Positions 27,681-37,441 of a stretch of 64,000 nucleotides of DNA are shown here, piece after piece. The notes below the pieces were generated by a model. The model searched no databases. It was not told the origin of the DNA and saw only the letters and a list, made by a program, of their open reading frames with translations. Within the stretch, counting starts at the first letter, position 1. Every line of letters begins with the position of its first letter. The position numbers and the translations under genes are program-made. Source of the DNA: Planctomycetota bacterium (GTDB lineage Bacteria > Planctomycetota > UBA11346); the NCBI GenBank assembly GCA_038231435.1, contig JBBRLJ010000003.1, forward strand, positions 96,001-160,000, in the 5' to 3' direction.

Positions 27681-29915
27681 ATGAGAGTGGCGACGCTCGT
27701 CGTCTCGTGGACCGTATTCTCCTCTCATGCCACCTCGGCCGAGGACCTGGCCAAGGCGCTCACCGCGTTGCCGATCGTCGACGAGGTCCACATCGCGGCA
27801 GACGCTCCCGAGCACCGCTTCGTCGAGCTCCCCCACGCCGGACTCAGTCGTGTCGAGACCTGCGCCGGCGTCCCCTGCCGGGTGCTGCCGATCGCCGGCG
27901 AGGCCAAGGCCTTCGCGGTGCGCATCGGCGAGGGCAAGGGCCTGACCGCGCGTGCGACCTACGTGCTCGAGATCGATTTCGCCGAGGACGCACCGCGCAC
28001 GTTCTTCATCATCAATCGCGGCGAGAATAGTTTCCGCGGCGTCAGCTGCGGCACCTCGCTGCCCGACGGCCTGCAGCGCTACACCACCGCCAACCACGAA
28101 TCGATCGAGCTGCCCCTGTCTGGCAAGGTGCGCACCTGGCGCAGCATGTTCCGCCTCCACGACCGCTTCGCCGCCGACATCGTGCCCGCCAAGGACGGAG
28201 CGATGACGATGAAGCCCGCAGACGGCTTCTGGGTGATCGTCTGCCAGGCCGAGGACAGCATCCATCCGGGCAGTAACGGCGCGGCGGTGGCTTCGATCCG
28301 CCTACGCTCGGTCGACAAGCCGGAATCCTTCGATCTGCCCATCCACCGGCCGCCGGCCGGCCTGCCGCAGCGCCACCTGTTCTGGCGCGAGGAGATGTCC
28401 GACGGCATCGTGGGTTCGACCGAGGCGGACAAGCGCGGCCTCGACGATCCGATCGCGTGGTACGCCGACAAGGTACGCAACATGCGCTACCTGGGCATCG
28501 ACACCTACACCAAGGACATGCTCGAATTCGGCCACAACCAGGGCTGGGACAGCGCGCCCTACGGTGGCAGCGACTGGGTCAACCAGACCCCCTACCCGGA
28601 GCGCTGGGGGAAGATCGTCGATCTGATGGGCAAGGAGGGCATCCCCATCCTGCCGTACTACGAGTACTGCGGGTCGATCGGCGCCCACGGGCTCGGACCG
28701 CAGAAGCGCTGCCTGCCGCTGTACGGCAAGAAGGACTACACCCACATCTCGTGGACCGAGAACGTCAACGCCGACGTCACCGATCTCGATACCCGCGAGG
28801 ACTTCGCGAAGATGGTCGACTGCACCATCTTCAAGCTCAAGGACCGCGCGAAGTTCCTCGGCGTGTGGCTGCGGCCGCGCTCGAGCCAGCTGCCCTTCAG
28901 CTTCGCCGATGCCGCGCTCGCGCGCTTCGCCAGCGATGCCAATCAGGGCGCGGCGGTGACGCGCGAGCAGCTCGCCGGCGACGACGCCTTGCGTCAGCGC
29001 TACTACGCGTGGTGGTTCGACAAGCGCCGCGACTTCCTCGTCGACCTGCGCGCCCGCCTGGTGACCGGCGGGCTCGCCGACCCGGTTGTGCTGTACACCT
29101 GCTACTCCGGCGAGCAGGGCCCCGACGTCCAAGGCGACGCGGTGGTGGTGCGCGGCGACGTCGAGGCATGGAAGAAGCTGATGGCGTCGCATCCGAAGAA
29201 GCTGCCGGTGCGCGATTTCACCGAGGTCGTCTCGAGCGACGCATATCTGAAATCGGTGCTGGGCTTCGTCGGCACCTGGGGCGATTGGGAATGGCAGCAC
29301 GCCATCCCCCCATCCGATCCGCAGCGCTACAAGGACGTCGCGGGCGTGCTCATGACCTTCCCCTACAACCGCATCTACACGGTCTCCTCCGCCAAGGCGT
29401 TCGACGCGTTCCGCGGCAAGGCCGGGCTCGCCCTCGAACGCCACAACGCTCTCAACGAACGGGTGATCCCCGAATCCCTGGTCGGCTACTTCTGCTCCGA
29501 CAACGAGCTTGCCGGACCGGCCTGCATGTACGCCGAGGTCCTGGCCATGGCCAACGGCGATCCCACCTACCTCGCCTCGCTCACTGGGGAGACCCTCACG
29601 CGCGGCTTCCCCGAGTACGTCCGCCCCTTCAACGCCGCATTCCTGGCGCTGCCCGCGCTGCCGAGCGAGCGCGTCACCGATGGCTCGTCGAACCCCGACG
29701 TGGTGGTGCGGCGCATCGATGGCGGCAAGGACGGCACCTGGCTCGCGGTCTGCAACACCTCGCTCGAAGCCCGGCCCGCGGTCGCCATCCATGTGCCGAA
29801 AGGCACGAAGAAGACCACGGATGCCGCCACCGAGGAAGCCCTCAAGGCCGTCAAGGACACCATCACCATGGATCTACCCCCATGCTCGCTGCGCGCGCTG
29901 CACTGCTCCCGGTGA
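27681..29915 (+). CDS. Exported putative carbohydrate-active enzyme, family unassigned
   Basis: Signal-like N-terminus, strong coding bias, aromatic/acidic motifs (MLEFGHNQGWDS, ILPYYEYCGS); first gene of the run that includes the mutarotase and GH78. Start uncertain. Confidence 0.65.
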   Translation: MRVATLVVSWTVFSSHATSAEDLAKALTALPIVDEVHIAADAPEHRFVELPHAGLSRVETCAGVPCRVLPIAGEAKAFAVRIGEGKGLTARATYVLEIDFAEDAPRTFFIINRGENSFRGVSCGTSLPDGLQRYTTANHESIELPLSGKVRTWRSMFRLHDRFAADIVPAKDGAMTMKPADGFWVIVCQAEDSIHPGSNGAAVASIRLRSVDKPESFDLPIHRPPAGLPQRHLFWREEMSDGIVGSTEADKRGLDDPIAWYADKVRNMRYLGIDTYTKDMLEFGHNQGWDSAPYGGSDWVNQTPYPERWGKIVDLMGKEGIPILPYYEYCGSIGAHGLGPQKRCLPLYGKKDYTHISWTENVNADVTDLDTREDFAKMVDCTIFKLKDRAKFLGVWLRPRSSQLPFSFADAALARFASDANQGAAVTREQLAGDDALRQRYYAWWFDKRRDFLVDLRARLVTGGLADPVVLYTCYSGEQGPDVQGDAVVVRGDVEAWKKLMASHPKKLPVRDFTEVVSSDAYLKSVLGFVGTWGDWEWQHAIPPSDPQRYKDVAGVLMTFPYNRIYTVSSAKAFDAFRGKAGLALERHNALNERVIPESLVGYFCSDNELAGPACMYAEVLAMANGDPTYLASLTGETLTRGFPEYVRPFNAAFLALPALPSERVTDGSSNPDVVVRRIDGGKDGTWLAVCNTSLEARPAVAIHVPKGTKKTTDAATEEALKAVKDTITMDLPPCSLRALHCSR

Positions 29916-30934
29916 TGAGAGCGGTACTGCTCGTGATGATCGGCGCCACGATGGCCTCATCTCTGGCGGCAGCCGATGGCCACGACTCCCTGCCCCTGTC
30001 GGGTGGGGGCTCCACGCCCGTGCTGCGCTTGAGCGACGGTCGCGTCTCGATCGCAGTGGCACCCGAGCTCGGCGGCAAGATCATCTCGCTCACGGGTTCA
30101 GACGGCCACGAACGCTTGAGCCGCAGCGGCAAGCCCTACGTCGCACGCACCGCGGGCATGGCCTACGGCGACACCGAGTTTGATGGCATCGACGAGATCT
30201 TTCCCACCTTGGGGGTGTGCGCCGCGAACACCCAGCATCCGGCGCTGCCGGATCACGGCGAAGTCTGCCGCCTGGCCTGGCGCGTGGTCGATGGCCCCGG
30301 CATCAGCCTGGCGGTCGACGGCGTGCTGCAGCCGTACCGCCTCACCCGCGCCATCACCATCGAACCCGATGCCGCTGACCCTGCAGGCGAGCCCAGCATC
30401 GTCCTGTCGTATACGGTGGCCAATCTCGGACAGGCGGATCTGCCGTACGTCTATTGCTTCCACCCGCTCTTCGCGATGGACAGCGATCTCGACCTCGAGT
30501 TGCGGCCCGAGCAGAGCCTGCGCGTACTGCTGTCGTCCGACGGCTTCCTCGGCGCGAACGACCGCGTCGAGCGCTGGGACGCCCTGCTGTCCGGTCCGCT
30601 CGGCGGCCACGCGGGCAAGCCGGGCCGCAACCGCTTCTGGAAGGCGGTGGTGCAGAAGGTGGCGGATGCCCGCATCGGCCTGCACTGGGGAGATGGCGGC
30701 AGCTGCGCGATGAGCTGGAGCGGCGACGTGCTGCCGCACTGCGCGATCTGGGCGACCGAGGGCGGCATCCTCGACGGTCTGCGCCATCTCGCCCCAGAAC
30801 CGAGCGTCGCGAGCGTCGACGGCCTGGACGATGCGATCGTCGCGGGCGAGGCGCGCACCCTGAAGCCCGGCGCCATCGACCGCTGGACGATCCGGTTGCG
30901 CCTGGCTCCCAAGCCAGCCGACACCAAACGCTGA
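29915..30934 (+). CDS. Galactose mutarotase-like (aldose 1-epimerase fold) protein with signal peptide
   Basis: TGATG overlap with the previous gene; PELGGKIISL, GIDEIFPT, PDHGE, FHPLF, LAPEP motifs. Confidence 0.82.
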   Translation: MRAVLLVMIGATMASSLAAADGHDSLPLSGGGSTPVLRLSDGRVSIAVAPELGGKIISLTGSDGHERLSRSGKPYVARTAGMAYGDTEFDGIDEIFPTLGVCAANTQHPALPDHGEVCRLAWRVVDGPGISLAVDGVLQPYRLTRAITIEPDAADPAGEPSIVLSYTVANLGQADLPYVYCFHPLFAMDSDLDLELRPEQSLRVLLSSDGFLGANDRVERWDALLSGPLGGHAGKPGRNRFWKAVVQKVADARIGLHWGDGGSCAMSWSGDVLPHCAIWATEGGILDGLRHLAPEPSVASVDGLDDAIVAGEARTLKPGAIDRWTIRLRLAPKPADTKR

Positions 30935-30986
30935 CACGCCGCACGCCACGCATGGCGCGCCTAGCGTCGGCATCTAGCATGCGCCC

Positions 30987-33143
30987 ATGTCGCTCGCGCA
31001 TCGCCGTTCGCGGTCCTCGATCATCGATCCCGCGTACTCCGCGACGCGCGTCGTGCCGTCGATCGCCGGCCTGAGCCGCTTCGCTCCGCTGACCACCAGC
31101 GGCGCCTGCTGGCTCTACGGCGAAGGCGACGTCGAGGCATACCGCATGAGCCTCACCCGCAAGCGCGGCTTCAGCGAATGCCTGAACGTCTTCCACCCCG
31201 GTCTGTTCGACCGCCATCGCCACCTGCTGCTGCTGCGGCACCAGACCACGCTCGATCGCCTGCCCCGCGCCTGCTGGGCGGTGATCCGCCATTCCGGCGA
31301 CATCAAGCTGTCCATCAACGATCGCTTGGTATTGCGCGCCACGGGTACCTCCGGTCCGGTGGCGCGACGCATCGATCTGCGCCCGTTCCTGCGCGTGGGG
31401 AAGAACTCGCTTTCCGCCATCCTCGGGAGGATCGACGAGCCGGCCGCGCTCTGCATCGAATCGCCCTTGCTGCGCACCACTCCGGAGTGGTCGAGCGGCG
31501 TCGACGGCTTCCATTGGAACGCCCCGGCGTGCTTCCCCTGGGTCGCCAGCGCGCTCTTTCCCCACCAGGAGGAGCTGCCCACGCTGCGCTTGACGGGCGC
31601 GCGCCTGGCCGATGGCACGATCGATTTCGGGCGCGAGCTGATCGGCCATCTCGAGGTGTCTGGCGCGGGCCCATCGGCGAAGCGGCCGCCGCGCCTGCGC
31701 GTCGGCGAATCGCTCGCCGAGTCGCGCAACGCCGACGCGGCCGCCGACGAGCAGGCGCTCGAGGTCGAACGCGTCGGCAAGAAGCGCTTCCGAAGCATCG
31801 GCCGCGTGGCCCTGCGCTACGCGCGTTTTCCCCGGACATCCGCCAGCGCCACCATCTGCTGCGACGCCACCTTCCATCCGGCATGCTACCGCGGTGCGTT
31901 CGCGTGTTCCGACCAGCGCATCACCCGCATCTGGATGGCCTCGGCGTACACCCTGCGCCTGTGCATGCAGGATTTCCTGGTCGATGGCATCAAGCGCGAC
32001 CGCATGCCCTGGGTCGGCGACCTCTACCTGGCCCTGCTCAGTAACGCCTACTCGTTCGCCGACGCCGGAATCGTCCGCCGCACGCTCACCGCGCTGTTCG
32101 GCGATCGTCCCGAACAGTGCCACTTCAACGGCATACTCGACTACACGCTGTATTGGATCGTGTGCCTGGACGCGCATGTCCGCCACTTCGGCGACGTCGC
32201 GTACGCGCGCGCGATGTGGCCGCGGGTGCGGCTGCTGCACGATGCGCTCGAGCGCCGCCGCGATGCGCGGGGTTGGCTGGTGGCCGGGGCGCAGGACTGG
32301 CTGTTCCTGGATTGGGTGGCGATGGACAAGTCGGGCGCGGTGGCTGCGATCCAGATGCTGCACGCGCTCGCGCTGGGCTCCGCCGCCCGGCTCGCCGGTC
32401 TCTGCGACGATGGCGACCGAGCGCGCATCCTCGCCCGCGACGCCAGCACGCTCAGGCGGCGTTGCACGGAGGCCTTCTGGGACGAGCGCGCCGGTGGCTA
32501 CGTGGAGAACATCGACCCCGCTGGCAAGCGCAGCCGGACACTTTCGCGCCATGCCAACGCCTTCGCCGTCATCGCCGGAGTCGCCAGCGCGGCTCAGCGC
32601 CCAGCCATAGCCCGGGTCCTGCTCGGCGCGACAGCCCAGCCGATGGGCACGCCGTACATGATGTTCTTCGAGTCCCTGGCGTTGGCGCGGCTGGGCGAGC
32701 ACCGTCGTGTGCTGTCCACGATGTCGAGCTACTGGGGCGGCATGCTCGACCGCGGCGCCACCACCTTCTGGGAAGCCTACGATCCCGCGCAATCCGGCGG
32801 CGCCGAATACGCGTTCTACGGCCGGCCGTTCGCCAAGAGCCTGTGCCACGCCTGGAGCGCCGGACCGGCGGCGCTGCTGCCGGCCGAGATCTGCGGCGTG
32901 CGACCGCTCGCCGACGGCTGGTCTTCGGTGGTCATCGATCCCCGCCTGGGCGATCTGGAATGGGCGAGCGCCTGCGTGCCCACTCCCGTCGGCGACATCG
33001 AGATCGATGTCCAAGGCCGCGAGGCCAGGGCATCACTGCCAGGGAGCATTGCGCTCGGGAGGCTTCCCGCGCGCGCCATCCGTTCGCGTAGCGGCGGCCG
33101 CCAGACGCTGCGCTGGACCATCCCCCGGGAGATGCGCCGTTGA
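30987..33143 (+). CDS. Alpha-L-rhamnosidase (GH78)
   Basis: DFGREL, DGIKRDRMPWVGD, FLDW, RGATTFWE, SLCHAWSAGP, PTPVGDI. Confidence 0.92.
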   Translation: MSLAHRRSRSSIIDPAYSATRVVPSIAGLSRFAPLTTSGACWLYGEGDVEAYRMSLTRKRGFSECLNVFHPGLFDRHRHLLLLRHQTTLDRLPRACWAVIRHSGDIKLSINDRLVLRATGTSGPVARRIDLRPFLRVGKNSLSAILGRIDEPAALCIESPLLRTTPEWSSGVDGFHWNAPACFPWVASALFPHQEELPTLRLTGARLADGTIDFGRELIGHLEVSGAGPSAKRPPRLRVGESLAESRNADAAADEQALEVERVGKKRFRSIGRVALRYARFPRTSASATICCDATFHPACYRGAFACSDQRITRIWMASAYTLRLCMQDFLVDGIKRDRMPWVGDLYLALLSNAYSFADAGIVRRTLTALFGDRPEQCHFNGILDYTLYWIVCLDAHVRHFGDVAYARAMWPRVRLLHDALERRRDARGWLVAGAQDWLFLDWVAMDKSGAVAAIQMLHALALGSAARLAGLCDDGDRARILARDASTLRRRCTEAFWDERAGGYVENIDPAGKRSRTLSRHANAFAVIAGVASAAQRPAIARVLLGATAQPMGTPYMMFFESLALARLGEHRRVLSTMSSYWGGMLDRGATTFWEAYDPAQSGGAEYAFYGRPFAKSLCHAWSAGPAALLPAEICGVRPLADGWSSVVIDPRLGDLEWASACVPTPVGDIEIDVQGREARASLPGSIALGRLPARAIRSRSGGRQTLRWTIPREMRR

Positions 33144-33150
33144 GACCGGG

Positions 33151-35931
33151 TCAGCGGCCGAGGTCGAGTCGCGCCCGCGGGCGCAGCAGAGCCAAGCCGG
33201 CCATGAGCAGGACCGCCAAGCCGGTGCCGAGACCACAGCGACCGGATCCCTGCCCGTCAACCATCGCCACATCGGTGGCGGCGGCGCTACCGCTCACGCG
33301 CGCGACGACCTCGAGCACGTTCAGGTATCCGTAGCCATAGGTCGAGGTCGCGCCGGGCGCGATCACCAGGTGGATGGTGCCATCCGCCGCCGGTACCACG
33401 CCGATGAAATCCGCCGTGGCGGAGGAGTTGTTCGCCGCATTCAGGGTCCGAGACGCGGAGCCGATGGTGTACAGCGTCGAGCGGTCGTCGCTCACCTGCG
33501 AGCGCGAGCCGAAGGCCTTGATGTCATAGACCAGGGTGGGGCTGAGGTTCGCCAGCACCACCTCGCCACGGGCCTTGCCCGACCCGAGCCAGAAGGTGTC
33601 GGCCGAGGCGGTGGCGGGATAGCGCGCGTCGACGTTCACGCCGTACTCGTTGGTGCCCGCGAAGCCGTCGATGATCCTGACCTGAGCACCGGTCGCGACA
33701 CCAGCATCGCTGACCGCCATCACCGAGCCGGCGGTGGGATCGGTGATGTTGTTCCAGCCAGCGGTGGTGCGCGTGGCAACGCCGAAGTCGACCAGGAAAC
33801 GGTAGCCAGCGGAGCCCGAGGGCGGCACCGGCTGCTTGGCGACGCCGGCGCTCGACCAGTACAGCTTGGCCGTCGCGCCGCCGCCACGTTCGTAATACTC
33901 CATGGTTATGGCCACGGGCACGCCGGCGGTCAGCGCGATGTCGACCGCGTACTCCGTCGGTCCCTGGTCGATCCAGTGGCTGATCACGCGTTGCCCACCC
34001 ACCCACAAGTTCACGCCATCGTCGGTGGTGGTATAGAAGGTGTAGGTGCCGCTGGTCGTCGGCGTGGCGGTACCGGTCCAACGCGCGCTGAAGTTGTCCG
34101 TCGGCATGCCGGCTGGAGCGCCGTAGCCCCAGTCGAAATCGATCGCAGGCACGGTGGCCGCTATCGCCGCGCCGCTGAGATCGACCGTGGCGTAGTACTG
34201 GGCGGAGAAGGTTCCGGTGTTCGCGGGCGGCGTCCAGGAGACCGTGATGGTGTCGGTCGAGGCGTTGTTGGCGGCGTCGCGCGCGGTGACCGTGATCACG
34301 TTCGCGCCGGATTGCAGCGCCACCGAGGCGCTCCAGGAGGTGGTGCCCGAAGCGGCGCCGCTGCCGCCCCGGTCGCAGCTCCAGGCCACCGAGGCGACGC
34401 CCACGGCGTCGGAAGCCGAGCCGCCGATGGCGATGGTGGCCGAGGTCGCGGTATAGGATGGGGCGCTGCTTGGCGAGGTGATGGTGACCACTGGCGCGGT
34501 GGTATCTGGGATCGCGTTCCAGGTGGCGATGAACGTCGAGGTGGCGGATGCGCCGGAGCCATCGGTGACCGTGAGCGTCACCGTGCTCGAACCGGTCTGG
34601 CCTGCGGACGGGGTCAGGGTCACCGTCCTGGCTCCCCCACTGCCTCCGAGCGCCACGCCGGATGCGGGCAGCAGCGCGGTATTCGACGAGGAGGCGGACA
34701 GCGCCAGCGCTCCGGCGGAGGTCTCGACGTCGCCGACGGTGACCGCGACCGGCCCGATCACGGCGTTGGCGTTCGCGGTCTGGTTGGCGGGCTTCGACAC
34801 CGTGGGCGCGGTGTTCGCCGCTCCGGCCTGCTGGGTGATGATCACGGTATCGCTGAAGGTGGTGCCGCCGGCGAGATTGGCGCTCCAGCTCGTCCCGCTC
34901 GCGGTGACGCGCATGCGCACCGTCGCGTTCGTGCGCAAGCTCACTGGTCCGAACGACCAGCTCGACGTTCCCGAGGCGTTACCCTGCTGATAGCCGGGCT
35001 CGCTGCCGTCGCTGTTGGTGTAATCCCAGCGCACGCCGCTGACCAGCGCATCGGACGACGCGCTTCCCGAGAAGCTCGCCGTGGTCGACGACGTGGTCCA
35101 CGCCGTGGCGTTGGTCGGCGAACCGATGACGACGGCCGGCGAGGGAGCAGCGGGGACACCGCGACGCTGGGCCACCATCCAGTCGAACAGCGGTGGCGTG
35201 GCGTAGGCAGTGGGCCAGATGCCGTGCCCGCCGTACCAATAGAGCGTATAGACGGGATTGCCGCCACGCCGGCGCATGTCCGCGATCGCGGGATCGGAAG
35301 CCCAGTTGTACCCGACGGTGGTGTCGTCCTGGGCGTGGAAGCACCACAATGGCAGATCGCGATAGCTCGAGGTATCGCCGGTCCAGTTGTTGGCGGACTG
35401 CGGGATGGCGCATGCGAACAGGTTGGCATGGATCCCGAGGAGGCAGAACACGCCGCCACCGCCGCCCGAGATGCCGGTGAGGTAGATCCGGTTGGCGTCG
35501 ATCGCCAGGCTCGACGAGAGCTGCTGGACGATGGCCGCGACGTTATCGTTGGCGCGGGTATCCCCGGTATTGTCCCACCCCACTCCAACGGTGCATTGCG
35601 GCGCGAGGAAGAAGCACTTCTGCTTGGCTTGGTTCGCGTCGGAGAGGAAATTCCAGCTGCCTTGGCACCCGCCGGTAAGTTGGGCGTGGTTGTCCGAGCC
35701 GCGTTCGCCGTAGCCGTGCAGGAAGACGACCAGCGGATACCGGGTGCCCGCCTGAAGCCCGGCCGGGGTGTAGAGCCGGTACGGAGTGGTGACGCCGTTG
35801 GCGGTGTAGCTCATGAGCGGATCTCCGACGTCGCCACTGCCCTTGAAGTCCGCCGTGGTCACCGCGCCGTGGAGCCGGGCGGCGGCGGAAAGGAAGAGCA
35901 TGGCCACGAGGACGAGGATCTGACGGGGCAT
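33151..35931 (-). CDS. Secreted alpha/beta-hydrolase (esterase/peptidase-like) + Ig-like domains + PA14 + beta domain + CGxG-TM-Arg tail
   Basis: Signal peptide; YPLVVFLHGYGERG, GISGGG (GxSxG), DDTTV, GHGIW triad; Ig/cadherin-like repeats; PA14 (DNFSARWTG, DDGV, DQG); ends GRCGLGTGLAVLLMAGLALLRPRAR. Confidence 0.85.
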   Translation of the reverse strand: MPRQILVLVAMLFLSAAARLHGAVTTADFKGSGDVGDPLMSYTANGVTTPYRLYTPAGLQAGTRYPLVVFLHGYGERGSDNHAQLTGGCQGSWNFLSDANQAKQKCFFLAPQCTVGVGWDNTGDTRANDNVAAIVQQLSSSLAIDANRIYLTGISGGGGGVFCLLGIHANLFACAIPQSANNWTGDTSSYRDLPLWCFHAQDDTTVGYNWASDPAIADMRRRGGNPVYTLYWYGGHGIWPTAYATPPLFDWMVAQRRGVPAAPSPAVVIGSPTNATAWTTSSTTASFSGSASSDALVSGVRWDYTNSDGSEPGYQQGNASGTSSWSFGPVSLRTNATVRMRVTASGTSWSANLAGGTTFSDTVIITQQAGAANTAPTVSKPANQTANANAVIGPVAVTVGDVETSAGALALSASSSNTALLPASGVALGGSGGARTVTLTPSAGQTGSSTVTLTVTDGSGASATSTFIATWNAIPDTTAPVVTITSPSSAPSYTATSATIAIGGSASDAVGVASVAWSCDRGGSGAASGTTSWSASVALQSGANVITVTARDAANNASTDTITVSWTPPANTGTFSAQYYATVDLSGAAIAATVPAIDFDWGYGAPAGMPTDNFSARWTGTATPTTSGTYTFYTTTDDGVNLWVGGQRVISHWIDQGPTEYAVDIALTAGVPVAITMEYYERGGGATAKLYWSSAGVAKQPVPPSGSAGYRFLVDFGVATRTTAGWNNITDPTAGSVMAVSDAGVATGAQVRIIDGFAGTNEYGVNVDARYPATASADTFWLGSGKARGEVVLANLSPTLVYDIKAFGSRSQVSDDRSTLYTIGSASRTLNAANNSSATADFIGVVPAADGTIHLVIAPGATSTYGYGYLNVLEVVARVSGSAAATDVAMVDGQGSGRCGLGTGLAVLLMAGLALLRPRARLDLGR

Positions 35932-35962
35932 GATGGTTCTCCCAGAACGGAAAGGGCGTGGA

Positions 35963-37441
35963 TCAGGGATTCGCGGACGGAGCGGCCAGCGGCGCGGCGG
36001 TTGGTGAGATTGAGGACGGCGGCATGACCTCGATGTCCGAGACGTAGAGGATGCCCTTCGGCGCCACGAACGACTGGATCATTACGTAGGTGATGTCCTC
36101 TCCGGGCCTGATCATCGCCGAGTGGCCGGTGGTGACGAGATCGGCGAGTCGGAACGTGATCGGCACCCACTGCCCGCGGCGATCGAGGGGGATGTGCCAC
36201 TGCGAATTGTCCAGGTGCGTGGCCTCCTGTAGGAGGAAGCCGGCCCAGGCGAGATCCGCGCTCAACCAGACGGTGCAGGCCACCTGGATGCCAGGGTCGA
36301 AGGGCATGACACCGCGCGGCACATCGATGGCGACGGCCATCACCGAGGCGTTGGTTCCGTTTGGACCAGGAACGGAGAACTGGTCGGCGACCAGGCAACG
36401 CTGGCCATCCGGCCCCGCTCCGACATGCCCATGCGCGAGACCCTTCGGGGCCGCGAGGTCCTCGCGATGCCAAGCGAGCAGCGGGCGAGGGACGAGGCGC
36501 GCGCCAGTCGTATCGGCGACTCCACGCTGCCCGGCGGCGATATCGATGCTCGTCCCTTGGTCGCCGTGGTCGCCGTGGTCGCCTCCTTTGGAGGCCTTCT
36601 TCGTGGGCTCCTTGGACGAGAACCGCACGACGCCTTCGTCGACATCGAGGCGCGTCGCCGCGCTGGTGGCGGCGATGACGAAGCGGGTACCGACGATGGT
36701 GGCGTCTGCGTGCGTGGTCGAGATCACCAGGGGTCGCTCATGGTCCTGGCGGGCCGCGACGATGGTGAGGGAACCGGACTCGAGCTCGAGCCGCTTCCCC
36801 GGAGAAATTCCAGCAGAGGACGGTGATGCGGAGATGGCGATGCTAGCGACGGTCGCGGGTGAGAAATCGGCACGCGTGCCATCGCTCCATGCCAGGACGA
36901 CGCGTCCGGCATGGCTGTCCAGGCGATCACCGCCATGCAGCGCCGAACCGACGGCGATGCTCTCGCCACCGTGGCGCGCCTCGGCTCCAGCTTCGAGCAC
37001 CGCCAGTGTCGGCAGATCCGTGGTCGCCTGATCGGAAGCGTGTCCAGTCAGCCATGGCAGCGCCTCGGTCGCGACGAAGACCGCGATACAGGCGGCGGCC
37101 AGGATGGCCGCGATGGGCCACAGCCCACGCGAAGGCCGCCCGGGGCTGACGCGCCGGCGCGACGACGGCCGCTGGAGGCGCTTGCGCATCGACTCGCGAA
37201 ACTGATCACCCTCATCCTGCGCCTTGACCAGCTTGGTCACGCCGGCGGTGAAGGCGGCGCCGGAGTCCTCACCACCGGCCGCGATGCGCAGCATGCCGTC
37301 GAAGGCGCCATCCTCGAGCAGCGTGGTGCGCAGGCTCGGGTCCTCCGCCATCAGGACCACCAGCTCGCGCTGCTGACGCGGCGAGAGCGCCGCGCCATCG
37401 AGGTGGGAGAGCCAGCAATCGACGGCTTCGGCGCGATTCAT
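35963..37441 (-). CDS. FecR-domain anti-sigma factor with a C-terminal CBM-like beta-sandwich
   Basis: N-terminal helical domain, Arg-rich stretch, TM helix; FecR motifs LELESGSL, TTHADATIVGTRF, LDVDEGVV; ATGA overlap with the ECF gene. Confidence 0.85.
   Translation of the reverse strand: MNRAEAVDCWLSHLDGAALSPRQQRELVVLMAEDPSLRTTLLEDGAFDGMLRIAAGGEDSGAAFTAGVTKLVKAQDEGDQFRESMRKRLQRPSSRRRVSPGRPSRGLWPIAAILAAACIAVFVATEALPWLTGHASDQATTDLPTLAVLEAGAEARHGGESIAVGSALHGGDRLDSHAGRVVLAWSDGTRADFSPATVASIAISASPSSAGISPGKRLELESGSLTIVAARQDHERPLVISTTHADATIVGTRFVIAATSAATRLDVDEGVVRFSSKEPTKKASKGGDHGDHGDQGTSIDIAAGQRGVADTTGARLVPRPLLAWHREDLAAPKGLAHGHVGAGPDGQRCLVADQFSVPGPNGTNASVMAVAIDVPRGVMPFDPGIQVACTVWLSADLAWAGFLLQEATHLDNSQWHIPLDRRGQWVPITFRLADLVTTGHSAMIRPGEDITYVMIQSFVAPKGILYVSDIEVMPPSSISPTAAPLAAPSANP

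Noticed and set aside
28457..29914. 825-aa ORF suggesting a long N-terminal fusion on the mutarotase
   Set aside because: The upstream part is an off-frame overlap of the 27681-29915 gene; the real start is the TGATG-coupled ATG at 29915.
32707..36027. 1106-aa plus-strand ORF and other long antisense ORFs (for example 30354-33014, 22080-23939, 42985-44643)
   Set aside because: Shadow ORFs of high-GC genes on the opposite strand; Arg/Gly-rich with no motifs.
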